From contig JACRKZ010000069.1 of the NCBI GenBank assembly GCA_016235455.1, positions 1-64,000 on the forward strand: a stretch of DNA of 64,000 bases, read 5' to 3'. Both the position numbers and the translations under genes were made by a program. Below, piece by piece: positions 1-10,787 of the stretch. This stretch comes from Armatimonadota bacterium (GTDB lineage: Bacteria; Armatimonadota; UBA10988). The notes under the pieces were generated by a model, which saw only the letters and a list, made by a program, of their open reading frames with translations, had not been told where the DNA came from and did no database searches. The number at the start of each line of letters is the position of its first letter. Position 1 is the stretch's first letter.

Positions 1-1
1 C

Positions 2-856
2 GGGCTGGCCGTGGATGGGCCGAACCACGAGGCGCTGCTGTTCAACAATGTGGGCTACGACAGCATCCACGCCAGCTTCCTCGGTCGCGATGGCGCGTTT
101 CAGGCCGTGGGCCGGCTCGATGTGCCCTTCGGCGCGGAGTTCGAGAAGCCCGAGCCCGTGCGCATCTGCTATCACGTGATGGCGCTACGCAACAAAGCTG
201 CGCATGTGCTGGGCGTGAGCGACATCATCGAGCCGGTCAAGGCCTGGCGCGAGTACAAGCTGGGGCTGCACGGGGGCAACGTCTGGGACTACGACTTCCG
301 CCGGCTGTACTACCGCACGACGCCCGATGTGACCACCAAGCCGTGGCAACCGTGGTTGCTGGTGGCCGACCGCGACGCCACTTGCGGGCACATCGCCAAC
401 TACGACCTGTGGCTCGACGCTCGCGGCCGCGCGCACCTGCTGTGGGCCGAGCTGAGCGTGTGGGATCAGCGCATGCGCGACAAGTTCTTCCCCGACACCA
501 AGATCACCAAGGCGCTGATGACTGCCGTCATCGAGGACGGCCGGGTCACTCGCCGGCAGCAGTTGCACATCGGCGGCGAAGGCTGCCCGACCGGCGAGCA
601 GACCTCATGGGCGCGCTTCCACGCCACGCCCGACGGCCGGCTGTTCGTCTTCGCGGCCATCGGCGGCGAGAACCGGCTGGCGGAGGTGCTGCCCGACGGC
701 ACGGCGGGCCCGTGGGTGAAGGTGCCCATGGCGCATCCCATGACTCAGTTCATGACCGCCACGGAGCGGCTGGGCTCGCCACCGTCGGCGGTGCTGGACC
801 TGTATGGGTCGGCGCAGGGCGTGCCGGGGTTGAGCTATGCTCGGGTGAGGATGTGA
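2..856 (+). CDS. Hypothetical protein, 5'-truncated by window edge; probably beta-propeller (BNR/sialidase-like fold)
   Basis: Frame is open from the window start. Trp/Gly/Asp-rich strand pattern (DLWLDARGRAHLLW, FHATPDGRLFVF). No catalytic motif recognised. Confidence 0.55.
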   Translation, partial: GLAVDGPNHEALLFNNVGYDSIHASFLGRDGAFQAVGRLDVPFGAEFEKPEPVRICYHVMALRNKAAHVLGVSDIIEPVKAWREYKLGLHGGNVWDYDFRRLYYRTTPDVTTKPWQPWLLVADRDATCGHIANYDLWLDARGRAHLLWAELSVWDQRMRDKFFPDTKITKALMTAVIEDGRVTRRQQLHIGGEGCPTGEQTSWARFHATPDGRLFVFAAIGGENRLAEVLPDGTAGPWVKVPMAHPMTQFMTATERLGSPPSAVLDLYGSAQGVPGLSYARVRM

Positions 857-869
857 CGCGCCGGGCATG

Positions 870-933
870 AACCGCAGAGACGCAGAGAAGTCCAGGACAA
901 GCCGTTTCTCTGCGCCTCTGCGCCTCTGCGGTT
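870..933. repeat. REP-like palindromic intergenic element between convergent genes
   Basis: Left arm aaccgcagagacgcagagaa, right arm ttctctgcgcctctgcgcctctgcggtt, built from 8-bp ctctgcgc units. Could also act as a bidirectional terminator hairpin. Confidence 0.75.
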
Positions 934-949
934 TATGCCCGGCCAGCCC

Positions 950-3300
950 TCACCGCACCAGCCGCACCTCCGACGGCGCGAGCGTTACTTCCTGCTCGCG
1001 CCCGGCCCAGCTCAGCCGCCCCGTCTGCTTCTCGTCCGTGACGTTGACCATGACCACCGCGCGCGAGCCGTCCGCCGCCTGCCAGGCGTTGTGCAGGATG
1101 GCCGGCCAGGCGCGGTCGCGCGACTGCCAGGTGGCGCAGGTCAGCTTGGGCGGCGGCCGGCCGACACCTGCCGCCAGCCGGCGTCCGCCGCCGGGTACGC
1201 CAGCCGGGCGTTGCCCACGGACTTCAGGCCCGGCGCGAACAGGCCCAGCGCAATGCCGTTGCCCGCGGCCACGCCGCGGCTGCGCAGCCAGGCGCTCAGG
1301 CGGTAGGTGCGGCCCGTGGTCAGGCCCGCGCCGACCATCACGTTGCGGCTGACCTGGACGATCTCGCCCGCGCCGGTGTTGGACAGGCGCAGGCTGGCCG
1401 CGCCGCCGTGCTTCTCGGCCTCGTCGCGGGCGCACAGGCCGGTGTAGTTCACGCCCTGCCAGCCGCTGACTCGATCCCAGCCGGTGGGCACGGCACCGTC
1501 GAAGCGATCGAAGGCGCCATCGAGCATCGGGCCCGGCCCGATGTCGCGGGTCGGCACGAATTGGGGCACCTGGCCGTTGACCAACTCGTAGGCCGCCATC
1601 AGCCGGTCGCCGACGCGTGGGTTGCTCTGGAACTGCGGTACATACTCGTGGTACACGTAGCCGAAGACTGATGCCGGCTCGACATCAGCCTGGCCCAGCA
1701 CCTCCCAATCGCGGTAGTCCTGCCAGCCGATCTGGTCCAGATACCACTCGTTGGGCTCCTCGAAGCAGGCCACGAAGTCCGGCTGGAGCTTGCGGCCGGC
1801 CTCGCGCATGGTGGCCAGTTGGCGGCGGAAGGCCTCGGTCTGCCAACGGCCGGTGCCCAGCGGATGCCCGTGCGCCGGGTCGTAGCAGGCGGGATAGGAG
1901 CCGCCCACGACCTGGTCGACCTGCACCATCTCGCCGCCGCGCCGGGCGATCTCGGTGGTGATGTGGTTGAACCAGTCGATGGTCCACGGGTCGCCGGGGC
2001 ACATGGTCACCGTCTGGCCGCCGCGCAGCCAGCTCGGATCACGGGTCAGCAGCTGGCCGTTGCGGCCCAGCACGGCGTGCGGCCGGATGCCGGCATCGAA
2101 CCGCGCGCGGTCATCCCAGGCAAACGTGCCGTCGGGCTGCTTGTTGTAGGTCAGCGTGTAGTGATAGCCCGACGGCCAGAGCATCTCGTGGCCGCCCATA
2201 CCGCGCACGAACCGCGTCAGATCGGCGAAGGTCGCGTCGTCGGGGAAGCAGGGGAAGTAGTCGGGCGTGATCCAGGTGTCGACCTTCTCCCAGCCCCAGT
2301 AGGCCACGCACAGCGGCACGCCGGGAAAGAAGCGCTGGTAGTAGTCGCGCAACCAGGCCTTGGTATCGTCGGGCCTGGCCAGCCAGTCGCGGTTGAAGCG
2401 CACCATGGCCGGGCCGGAGCGGATCCAGGCGGGCAGGTCGGTGCGCTGGGCGAGGGTCTTGGCCGCCCACGACTGCTTGGTGGCCCACGACCGGTAGCGG
2501 TCGGCGGCATGGCGCCAGTCGGTGCCGGTCTGGCCGTGGAACGGCGCCAGCACCAGATCGTAGTCGGTCTGATAGCGGCCTAGCGCATAGCAGCCGGCAT
2601 ACCACTGCAGCACCACGCCGTCGGCACCGCGCGCGATGGCGATGCCCTTGGGCGTGCCTTGGCCGTCGAGCGCGGCGGTGTAGACACCGCCCGCCGCGTC
2701 GTAGTAGCAGCCGAACCCCGCGGCCAGGTTGCCCGGCTGGCCGTAGCCCTGCCAGCGCCCGGTCTTCCAGGCCGACGGCCGGTGGTGGACGCCGCCCTTG
2801 GTGTTGCCGCAGACAAAGGCGTCGTCGCCGCCGGGATGCAGTGGCGCGGCCAGGTTGACCACGGGGAAGCGGGTGAACTCCAGCGCCATGCCCGCGGGGA
2901 AGGTCGCGCTGAGCCGGCAGCGCAGCAGCGGATCGTCAGGCCGGGCGACGAACGTGGCCACCGCCTCGACGCCGCGACCCGCCAGGTTGCGCCAGGTCAG
3001 CGTGAGTGTCACCGCGCCGCCGGCCGTGGCCAATGCGCCGGTCAGCTCGGCGGTGTCGGTGTTGGTCAAGCTGGTGCGCTTGGCCGCGGGATCCTTGGGG
3101 TCGGTGAAGGCCAGTTCGAAAAGCTGCGGCCGCCGGCCCGGCGCGGCCAGCTCACGGCTGTCGGCGCGGTCGACGAAGGAGACGAGGCCGCCACCGTCCG
3201 CGGCGAAGGTGAAGTCGGCGGCGGCGGTGGATAGGCGCCACGGCGCGGGCTGAGCGGCGCAGCCCGCGCAGAGGAAGGCCAGCAGGGCGAGAGAGCGCAT
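950..3300 (-). pseudogene. Secreted DUF6259-like putative glycoside hydrolase with inserted CBM4/9-like module, frameshifted near 1160
   Basis: Signal-like start MRSLALLAFLCAGC (ATG 3300) and TIM-barrel-like motifs (VQVDQV, CFEEPNE). The main frame stops at 1141 inside the CBM (..WRQVSA), while a coherent C-terminus (RPPPKLTC..ILHNAWQAADGSRAVVMVN..) runs in another frame to 950. Confidence 0.65.
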
Positions 3301-3370
3301 GTGAGAACTCCGGCTAAGGCCGGGCTTCGCCACGGCGATCGGTCGCCCTGCTGGAGTCGTGCCGGCACCC

Positions 3371-4093
<723 letters not shown>

Positions 4094-4121
4094 ATCACTC
4101 CCCGTAGGTCGCGGGACCTTG

Positions 4122-4138
4122 GTTGTGCTGTGCACAAC
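4122..4138. promoter_or_regulatory. 7-3-7 palindrome between divergent prepilin and GH5-like genes (candidate operator or leader hairpin)
   Basis: GTTGTGC-TGT-GCACAAC. Confidence 0.3.
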
Positions 4139-4281
4139 ACCACACGATCACCGTAACACGCTACCTGTGTGCCTTTCAAGCCAATCCAGGTTGGCATGTT
4201 GCGGGTCTGCTGCGTGGTGCCCGCCGCTTGCCGTCGAGCCGGTGGGCGGCGTAGGATCGGCTGGGTGGAGGAGCCTTTGCC

Positions 4282-6924
4282 ATGGTGCGGCGCACAGCCC
4301 TGTTGGCTACCTGTCTGCTGGCGTCGGTGGCCTGGTCCGCGCCGGCCGACATGTTCCCGTTCGTCCTGCCGTGGGACGATGACAGCCCCGGCATCACCGA
4401 CCTGAGCGGCTGGCTCGACAAGCCGGCTGGTCGCCTCGGCCCGGTGCGCGCCGGGGCCGACGGGCACCTCTACACCGGGGATCGGCAGCTGCGGCTGTTC
4501 GGCGTCGACCAGACCTTCAGCGCCAACTTCCCAACGCACGAGCAGGCCGAGAAGGTCGCCGGCCGGCTGGCCAAGTTCGGCGTCAACATCATGCGCTTCC
4601 ACATCATGGACATGGCGCGCTACCCGCGCGGGCTGCTGGCGCGCGACGCGACCAACACCCGTGACTTCGACCCCGAAGCGCTGGAGCGGCTGGACTACTA
4701 CACCGCGCAGCTCAAGGCGCGCGGTATCTACACCTACCTCTGCCTGCTCAACTACCGCCCGTTTGCTGCCGCGGACGGCCTGCCCAAGCCCATCGAGGAA
4801 CTGGGCAATCCGTACCAAGGCCGGCATGTGCCGGGCTTCTGGGATCCGGCCCAGATCGCGCTCCAGAAGGAGTATGCGCAGCGCCTGCTGAGCCATCGCA
4901 ACGCCTATACCCAGCTGACCTACGCCGAGGACCCGGCGGTGGCGTTCGTGGAGATCAACAACGAGAATGGGCTGATCCACGCCTGGCTCAGCGGCACGGT
5001 CGACGGGCTGCCGGCGGTATTCCGCGAGCAGCTCCAGGCCCGCTTCGCCGCCTGGCTGCGTGGGCGCTATGCCTCGACGGAGGTGCTGCGCGCGGCCTGG
5101 GCCCGCGGCGCGCAGCCGCTGGGCGAGGAGATGCTGACCAACGGCGACTTTGGGCACGGCCTGGACGGCTGGAACTTCGAGACGCACGCGCCGGCGGTGG
5201 CCCGCGCCACGGTGGTCGAGGAGGCGCCACCGGCGATGGCCGGAGCGCGCTCGGTGTGCCTCGACACCACGACGCCCGGCGCCGAGAGCTGGCATGTGCG
5301 CCTCCAACAAGGCGGCCATGGCTTCGAGGCCGGGCGTACCTACGTGGTCACCGGTTGGGCGCGGGCCGACCGGCCCATGGAGTTGCGGGCCAGCCTGGAG
5401 ATGTTCCACGAGCCATGGCACGTGCTGGGCGCGCTGGGCACCGTGGCGCTGACCACCGAGTGGCAGCCGCTGCGCTTGTCGGTACGCGCGAGCGAAGGTG
5501 ACCGGGAGGCGCGACTGGTCTTCGACCCGCCCCGTCAGGCGGGCCGCATCCAGTTGGCCGGGCTGTCGCTGCGGCCCGGCGGCGTGACCGGCCTGCCGGC
5601 GGGCGAGAGCCTGGAGGCCGGCACGGTGACAGCGCTGGCTTACGCCGGGCGACATCAGCGTTCGGTGGCCATGGTCGGCGACTGGTGCCGGTTCCTGTGG
5701 GAGACCGAGCGCGCCTACTGGCGGACCATGCACGCCTATGTGCGCGACGAACTGAAGGTGCGCAGCCTGGTCATCGGCACTGTGGTCGGCTGCTCGACAC
5801 CGAACCTGATGGCCGAGTTCGGGGTCATCGACGGTCATGCCTACTGGGAGCACCCGGTCTTCCCCGGCCGCGCTTGGGACGCCGACAACTGGGTGGTCGG
5901 ACGCGGCACCATGGTCAACGCGCGCGGCGGCGTGCTGACCGGCCTGGCCGCCAAGCGTGTGCTGGGCCAGCCCTTCTGCATCACCGAGTACGGTCATCCG
6001 GCGCCCAACCCATTCCTGGCCGAGGCGCACCTGCTGCGGGCCGCCTACGGCAGCCTCCAGGACTGGGACTACCTGTCCGCCTCGCGCTATGCTCAGTCCA
6101 ACGATTTCGACATCGCCCGTATCCGTGGCTTCTTCGACATCGATCAGCATCCCGTGGGCATGTTGACGATGGTGCCCGCCGCGGCCATGTATCTGCGCGG
6201 CGATGTCAGCCGTGCCCGTCGCGAGGTCATCACGTCGTTGAGCCGCGAGCGGGAGATCGACTTGCTGCCCACCCAGCACTCGTGGGATCTGGTCAGCCTG
6301 GGCGCGCTCGGGCCCGAGCCGCAGACGGCGCTGCTGCACCGCATGTCGCTGGCCACCGAAGGCCGCGAGGTGCGGACCGGTGCGGCGGCCAGACCGGTGG
6401 TGGACCCCATGGCCGACCGCTACGTGGCCGACACTGGCGAGTTGGACTGGGACCTGCGCCAGGCGCAGCGCGGCGTGGTGACGGTCAACACCGCGCGCAG
6501 CAAGGCAGTCATCGGCTATGGCGCGGGACGCTCGTTTGAGCTGGGCACGGTCGCTGTGGAGCCCGGCCCGACCTCACTCGACGGCTGGAGCGCGATCACC
6601 GTCACGGCCATGACCGGCGAGTTGGGCGCAGGCCCGGCCCGGCTGCTGATCACCGCCTGCGCCAACGCCGAGAACACCGGCATGGTCTGGAAGAACGCCG
6701 AGAAGACCAGCGTCGGCCGCGCCTGGGGTACGGCGCCCACGCTGGCCGAGGGTGTGCCGGCCAGGCTGACGCTGCCCTGGCCGGCAGCGCGCGTCAAAGC
6801 CTGGGCCTTGGACGAGCGGGGGCAGCGGCGCGCCGCGTTGCCCGTGAGCGAGGTCGGCGGCCATGCCGTGCTGGCCATCGGGCCGGAGTGGCGGACGCTG
6901 TGGTATGAGGTGGCCGCCAACTGA
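4282..6924 (+). CDS. Secreted clan GH-A (GH5-like) glycoside hydrolase with inserted CBM4/9-like domain
   Basis: Signal peptide; GVNIMRFH; acid/base-like VEINNENG; nucleophile-like ITEYGH; CBM start MLTNGDFGHGLDGW lies between the two. Confidence 0.75.
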   Translation: MVRRTALLATCLLASVAWSAPADMFPFVLPWDDDSPGITDLSGWLDKPAGRLGPVRAGADGHLYTGDRQLRLFGVDQTFSANFPTHEQAEKVAGRLAKFGVNIMRFHIMDMARYPRGLLARDATNTRDFDPEALERLDYYTAQLKARGIYTYLCLLNYRPFAAADGLPKPIEELGNPYQGRHVPGFWDPAQIALQKEYAQRLLSHRNAYTQLTYAEDPAVAFVEINNENGLIHAWLSGTVDGLPAVFREQLQARFAAWLRGRYASTEVLRAAWARGAQPLGEEMLTNGDFGHGLDGWNFETHAPAVARATVVEEAPPAMAGARSVCLDTTTPGAESWHVRLQQGGHGFEAGRTYVVTGWARADRPMELRASLEMFHEPWHVLGALGTVALTTEWQPLRLSVRASEGDREARLVFDPPRQAGRIQLAGLSLRPGGVTGLPAGESLEAGTVTALAYAGRHQRSVAMVGDWCRFLWETERAYWRTMHAYVRDELKVRSLVIGTVVGCSTPNLMAEFGVIDGHAYWEHPVFPGRAWDADNWVVGRGTMVNARGGVLTGLAAKRVLGQPFCITEYGHPAPNPFLAEAHLLRAAYGSLQDWDYLSASRYAQSNDFDIARIRGFFDIDQHPVGMLTMVPAAAMYLRGDVSRARREVITSLSREREIDLLPTQHSWDLVSLGALGPEPQTALLHRMSLATEGREVRTGAAARPVVDPMADRYVADTGELDWDLRQAQRGVVTVNTARSKAVIGYGAGRSFELGTVAVEPGPTSLDGWSAITVTAMTGELGAGPARLLITACANAENTGMVWKNAEKTSVGRAWGTAPTLAEGVPARLTLPWPAARVKAWALDERGQRRAALPVSEVGGHAVLAIGPEWRTLWYEVAAN

Positions 6925-6970
6925 GCAACGCGGCCCACTGGAGCGACACGGTCCAGAAGGCAGTCGTACG

Positions 6971-7669
6971 ATGTCAGAGCAGGCTCAACCGCTGGCCCCG
7001 CGTGTGGTCCGGGGCGTCATCCGTTCGCTACTCATCGCCACCGTGGTGGTGCTCATTCGCCTGGGCTCATGGGGGTTGGGCGATGTGGCGGGTTACCTGG
7101 CCAACCCGGTGCGCCGCTGGTCGCTGCTGTGGCTGGTGGGCAGCGCCTTGGCCGTAGCCTGGATCTTGCCGCCCAACCCGTACAGCCGCGGGCGCGAGGA
7201 GACGTTCCAGCACGAGCGCGTGTCGCTGCGCATGCTGGCCACGCTGGTCTTCGTGCTGTATGTGCTGCCGCCCGTGTGCGACCGCCATGGCTGGTTGATC
7301 GTCGCGGGCGACGGTTGGCGCTGGCTGGGCCTGGCGCTCGATGTCGTCGGCACCGTGCTGGCGGCCTGGGCGCCCTATCACCAGGGCCGTGCCTTCAGCG
7401 CGTTTGTCACGCTACAGGAGGACCACCGGTTGGTCACTGACGGCCCGTTTGCCGTCCTGCGCCACCCGCGCTACACGGGCATGGTGCTGGGGTCGGTGGG
7501 CGTGTCGCTGATCCACGGCGCGCTGGCCGGCGTGGTGCTGAACGTCCTACTCGCCGCGGCGCTGGTCAGCCGCGCCGGGCTCGAGGAGCGCCTGCTGGCC
7601 GCGGAGTTCGGCGATGCGTGGACCGCCTATGCCGCACGCACTCGGCGCTTCCTGCCCGGGCTGTGGTAG
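6971..7669 (+). CDS. Isoprenylcysteine carboxyl methyltransferase (ICMT/Ste14) family membrane protein
   Basis: Several TM segments; HRLVTDGPFAVLRHPRYTG; EERLLAAEFGDAWTAYAARTRRFLP. Confidence 0.88.
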   Translation: MSEQAQPLAPRVVRGVIRSLLIATVVVLIRLGSWGLGDVAGYLANPVRRWSLLWLVGSALAVAWILPPNPYSRGREETFQHERVSLRMLATLVFVLYVLPPVCDRHGWLIVAGDGWRWLGLALDVVGTVLAAWAPYHQGRAFSAFVTLQEDHRLVTDGPFAVLRHPRYTGMVLGSVGVSLIHGALAGVVLNVLLAAALVSRAGLEERLLAAEFGDAWTAYAARTRRFLPGLW

Positions 7670-8005
7670 TCCCTTGGCGGCCGGCCGGCCGCCAAGCGAG
7701 GCGATGACCATGCCCACGCCGACCAGCGCGATGCCGGCCCACTGGGTGGCCGTGGGCTGCGGGCCGAAGATGAAGGCCAGCGCGAGCTGAATGAGCAGGA
7801 AGGACCCGCCGCCGGCCAACGCCATGGCCAGGTTGGGGTCGAGCCGGGCGTAGAGCTTCATCATGAAGAAGATGCTCGACGCGCCGACCACATTGCCGAG
7901 CACGAACCCCACCACCCAGCGCGACGGCGCCGTGCTGCCATACTTGAAGAACAGGTTCGCGGCGACCTGCATCGTCCAGAACGTTGCCAACAACAGCCAG
8001 ACCAT
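7547..8005 (-). CDS. Small 4-TM DMT/SMR-like membrane protein
   Basis: MVWLLLATFW..ANLFFKYG..QWAGIALVGVGMVIASLG with RBS AGGAG. The hydrophilic tail overlaps the convergent ICMT gene by 123 bp. Confidence 0.7.
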   Translation of the reverse strand: MVWLLLATFWTMQVAANLFFKYGSTAPSRWVVGFVLGNVVGASSIFFMMKLYARLDPNLAMALAGGGSFLLIQLALAFIFGPQPTATQWAGIALVGVGMVIASLGGRPAAKGLPQPGQEAPSACGIGGPRIAELRGQQALLEPGAADQRRGE

Positions 8006-8013
8006 CACGACTC

Positions 8014-10674
8014 CTACCTGACCAGCATTGCCGGCATCGTCACCCCAACCAGCGGCCAACTCGCGCGTTCTGGCGCGGCATAGCATCCGATGCGCTCGAC
8101 CGCCAGCGGCCGAATGCCCAGCTTCTCCGCCGGCGAGCCCGGCTTGAGGCGCCAGTCGCCGCGCGCCGGGTCGACGAACAGCGGGTCAGCCACCAGTGAA
8201 TGCGTATCGAGCCCCATGCGCTGCCAGGCGGTCCACTCGTCGACGACCTGCGCCTCGCGCAGGCTGACATCGTCGAGCCACACCTGCCCGTCGGCCGAAC
8301 GGCAGTCGAAGCGGATGTACAGGTCGACCATGCCGGCTTTGCCTTCCTCCTGGTCGGGCGTCGGGGTGGTGAACCCGAACTCGATCTGCTTCCACTCCGG
8401 GCCGGCCTTGGCGGCAATCTCCCGCGCCCAGTGGTACTTGCCCGCGCGATACGACTGGGCCACCAGGTTGACCGGCAGATCGGGCCGGCTGGCCTTGACC
8501 CAAGCCGCCAGACGGTAGCTCCGGCCCGGCACGATGGGCAGGTCGCCGGTCTTGACCATGGCATACGTGAACTGCGCCGTCGTGCTGCGCGCCTCGGCGC
8601 AGTTGATGCGCAGACAGCGCCCCGTGCGGCCGCCGTCGGCCAGCTCGGCGGTGGCCTGGTCGCCGGGCCGCGCATACCACGACCAGCCGGTGGGCATCTG
8701 GCCCAGCTCGCCCTGGTCGAACGCCGCGTTGGGCGCCATCTCGACCTCGCCCACTGCCTCGATGGGTGGCGCGCTCATGCCCGTCGAGACGGGCCGACCG
8801 CCCAGCCACAGCAGATTGCGCTCGAAGGTGGTCTGGTCGTAGGGCAGGTTGTTGCAGCGGTAGATGCGCGCCCCCGGTGCCCGGCCCGCCAACACATTGC
8901 CCACGATCTGGTTGCCCGACATGACCAGCGGCGTCCACTGGCTGACAGGCTTTAGGAAAAGATCAGGGAACCGCTTCATCCAGGCCGGCAGGACCTTATG
9001 GCGCTCCCAGTTGGCCTGACGCTCGGCCACCTGGGGCGCCCAGTAGCCGTGGGTATCATTCCAGCCGTTGAACTCGATCTGCTGCAGTTCGCCATCGACC
9101 AGGTAGTTGTTCTCGATGCGGTTGTAGCGGCCGCTGTGGATGTGCACGCCACCGCGCAGGCAGCCGATGACCAGGTTGCCCGAGACCGTGACGCCGCTGG
9201 CCAGGTCGTCCAGGTAGATGCCCCAGGAGAAGGCCGGGCTGCGCCACTTGCCGCCCTCGCGGCCATAGCCCAGCACATCGTGGATGACGTTGTCGCGAAT
9301 GACGCTGCCCCAGGGCGACACCGCGTCTCGGCCACCGGTGTAGATCGCGCCCGTGTCGCAGGTCTCCAGGTTGAGCCGCCACAGGTGGTTGCCGGCGATG
9401 AGTTGGTCGTTGCCGCCGAAGATGACCGCCATGCGCGGGATGTCGTGGACGTCGTTGCGCTGGAACTCGTTGCCGACACCCTCCAGTCGCGCGCCGCAGC
9501 CCTGCTTCCAGTCGAGGCCGGTGTGGTGGATGTGGTTGTTCTCCGCGCGGTGGCCGGCCGGGCGCAGGGCATCGTGGTCGCCGCCGGTGAGCTTGACGCC
9601 GTGGCCGCCGACGATGCTGATGTCGCAGCCCAGTACCTGGTTGCGCTCGCCGCCAAACACGCCGATGCCGCAGCAGTCCTCCCACGGGCCCCAGCCGCCG
9701 ATCTCGGTGCCCACGCCGATGTTGCGCACGGTGCAGCGCGTGACGCGGCAGTCGGTCGTGCCATCGAGCCGCACCCCGGTGCGTCGTGCGCACTCGATAG
9801 CCAGTTCGGTCACCTCGATCTGCTTCGCGCCCGGCTCGAAGCGCACCGCGTGGTCGACCAGCGGCACCTCGACCACGCACTGCGCGACCGGCTTGGGTGG
9901 CAGGAAGTAGACGATCGAAGTGGCTCGGTCGAGATACCACTCGCCAGGCACATCGAGCAGGGCCAGCGCGTTCTGGTAGAAGTACCGCTCTGCGCCACCG
10001 CCGCGGATGGTGCCGTAGGTGTCCTGGGCCAGCGTGACGCGGCGCGTGGCGCGGTCGATGCTCTTGAGCGGCACGACCGTGTTGTAGTAGTTGACGTCGT
10101 GGAATTCGAACACCTCGGCGCCGCCATCGAGCGGCGGCAGATCCGCCTCGGCGGCGAGGAACTCGCGAGCATTGGGTGGGTCCACGGGCTTGTCGGCATA
10201 GAGCCAACCACCGCCGATCGGGTCGCGGGGGTCGGCGTTGGGGTAGCGGGCCAGCGTCTGGCGGAGGTTGTCGCAGTACAACTCGCGGAACACCGCGCCG
10301 GTCAGGCCGAGCGACTTGAGGTCGCACTGCACGATGGCGCCACGGAAAGGCTGCCAGCCGCTGAGCCGGGCGCCACCGACCAGCCGCGCGCCCGGCTCAC
10401 CTACGATGCGGGTGGGCTTGGCCGCCGTGCCGGAGTCGCCCGCGCGCAGCGTCAGCGCCTCGGTGAGGTGGTAGTCGCCGGCTGCCAGCCGGACCTCGTA
10501 GCCGTCGTCGCTGGCGCCGCGCGCGGCGCGCGCCTTGGCCAGGGCGACGGCGGGCGAAGCCAGCGGCGCGGCTCTGGTGCCGGCGGCCGTGTCGCTGCCG
10601 CCGGGCGCGACGTAGAGCGTGGCTGCCGACGAGGCGACGGTTATAGTCATGAGTAGGGCAAGTGCAACGCGCAT
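8014..10674 (-). CDS. Secreted right-handed parallel beta-helix protein (GH141/GH110-like or lyase-like) with CBM4/9-like insert
   Basis: Signal peptide; LYVAPGGSD; LARYPN; LLDVPGEWYLD; DTGAIY; WGIYLDD; PbH1-like repeats; DPLFVDPARGDWRLKPGSPA. Confidence 0.8.
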   Translation of the reverse strand: MRVALALLMTITVASSAATLYVAPGGSDTAAGTRAAPLASPAVALAKARAARGASDDGYEVRLAAGDYHLTEALTLRAGDSGTAAKPTRIVGEPGARLVGGARLSGWQPFRGAIVQCDLKSLGLTGAVFRELYCDNLRQTLARYPNADPRDPIGGGWLYADKPVDPPNAREFLAAEADLPPLDGGAEVFEFHDVNYYNTVVPLKSIDRATRRVTLAQDTYGTIRGGGAERYFYQNALALLDVPGEWYLDRATSIVYFLPPKPVAQCVVEVPLVDHAVRFEPGAKQIEVTELAIECARRTGVRLDGTTDCRVTRCTVRNIGVGTEIGGWGPWEDCCGIGVFGGERNQVLGCDISIVGGHGVKLTGGDHDALRPAGHRAENNHIHHTGLDWKQGCGARLEGVGNEFQRNDVHDIPRMAVIFGGNDQLIAGNHLWRLNLETCDTGAIYTGGRDAVSPWGSVIRDNVIHDVLGYGREGGKWRSPAFSWGIYLDDLASGVTVSGNLVIGCLRGGVHIHSGRYNRIENNYLVDGELQQIEFNGWNDTHGYWAPQVAERQANWERHKVLPAWMKRFPDLFLKPVSQWTPLVMSGNQIVGNVLAGRAPGARIYRCNNLPYDQTTFERNLLWLGGRPVSTGMSAPPIEAVGEVEMAPNAAFDQGELGQMPTGWSWYARPGDQATAELADGGRTGRCLRINCAEARSTTAQFTYAMVKTGDLPIVPGRSYRLAAWVKASRPDLPVNLVAQSYRAGKYHWAREIAAKAGPEWKQIEFGFTTPTPDQEEGKAGMVDLYIRFDCRSADGQVWLDDVSLREAQVVDEWTAWQRMGLDTHSLVADPLFVDPARGDWRLKPGSPAEKLGIRPLAVERIGCYAAPERASWPLVGVTMPAMLVR

Positions 10675-10787
10675 GGCCGCTTGGCTCCCGGCGTGGCGGA
10701 TTCGCCGGCCGGGCCGTGCGACCTGCCGAGGCAGGATTGCCACCGTGGGTCGGGTATCATGGTGTGGTTCGTAGGCGAGGAAGCAGG

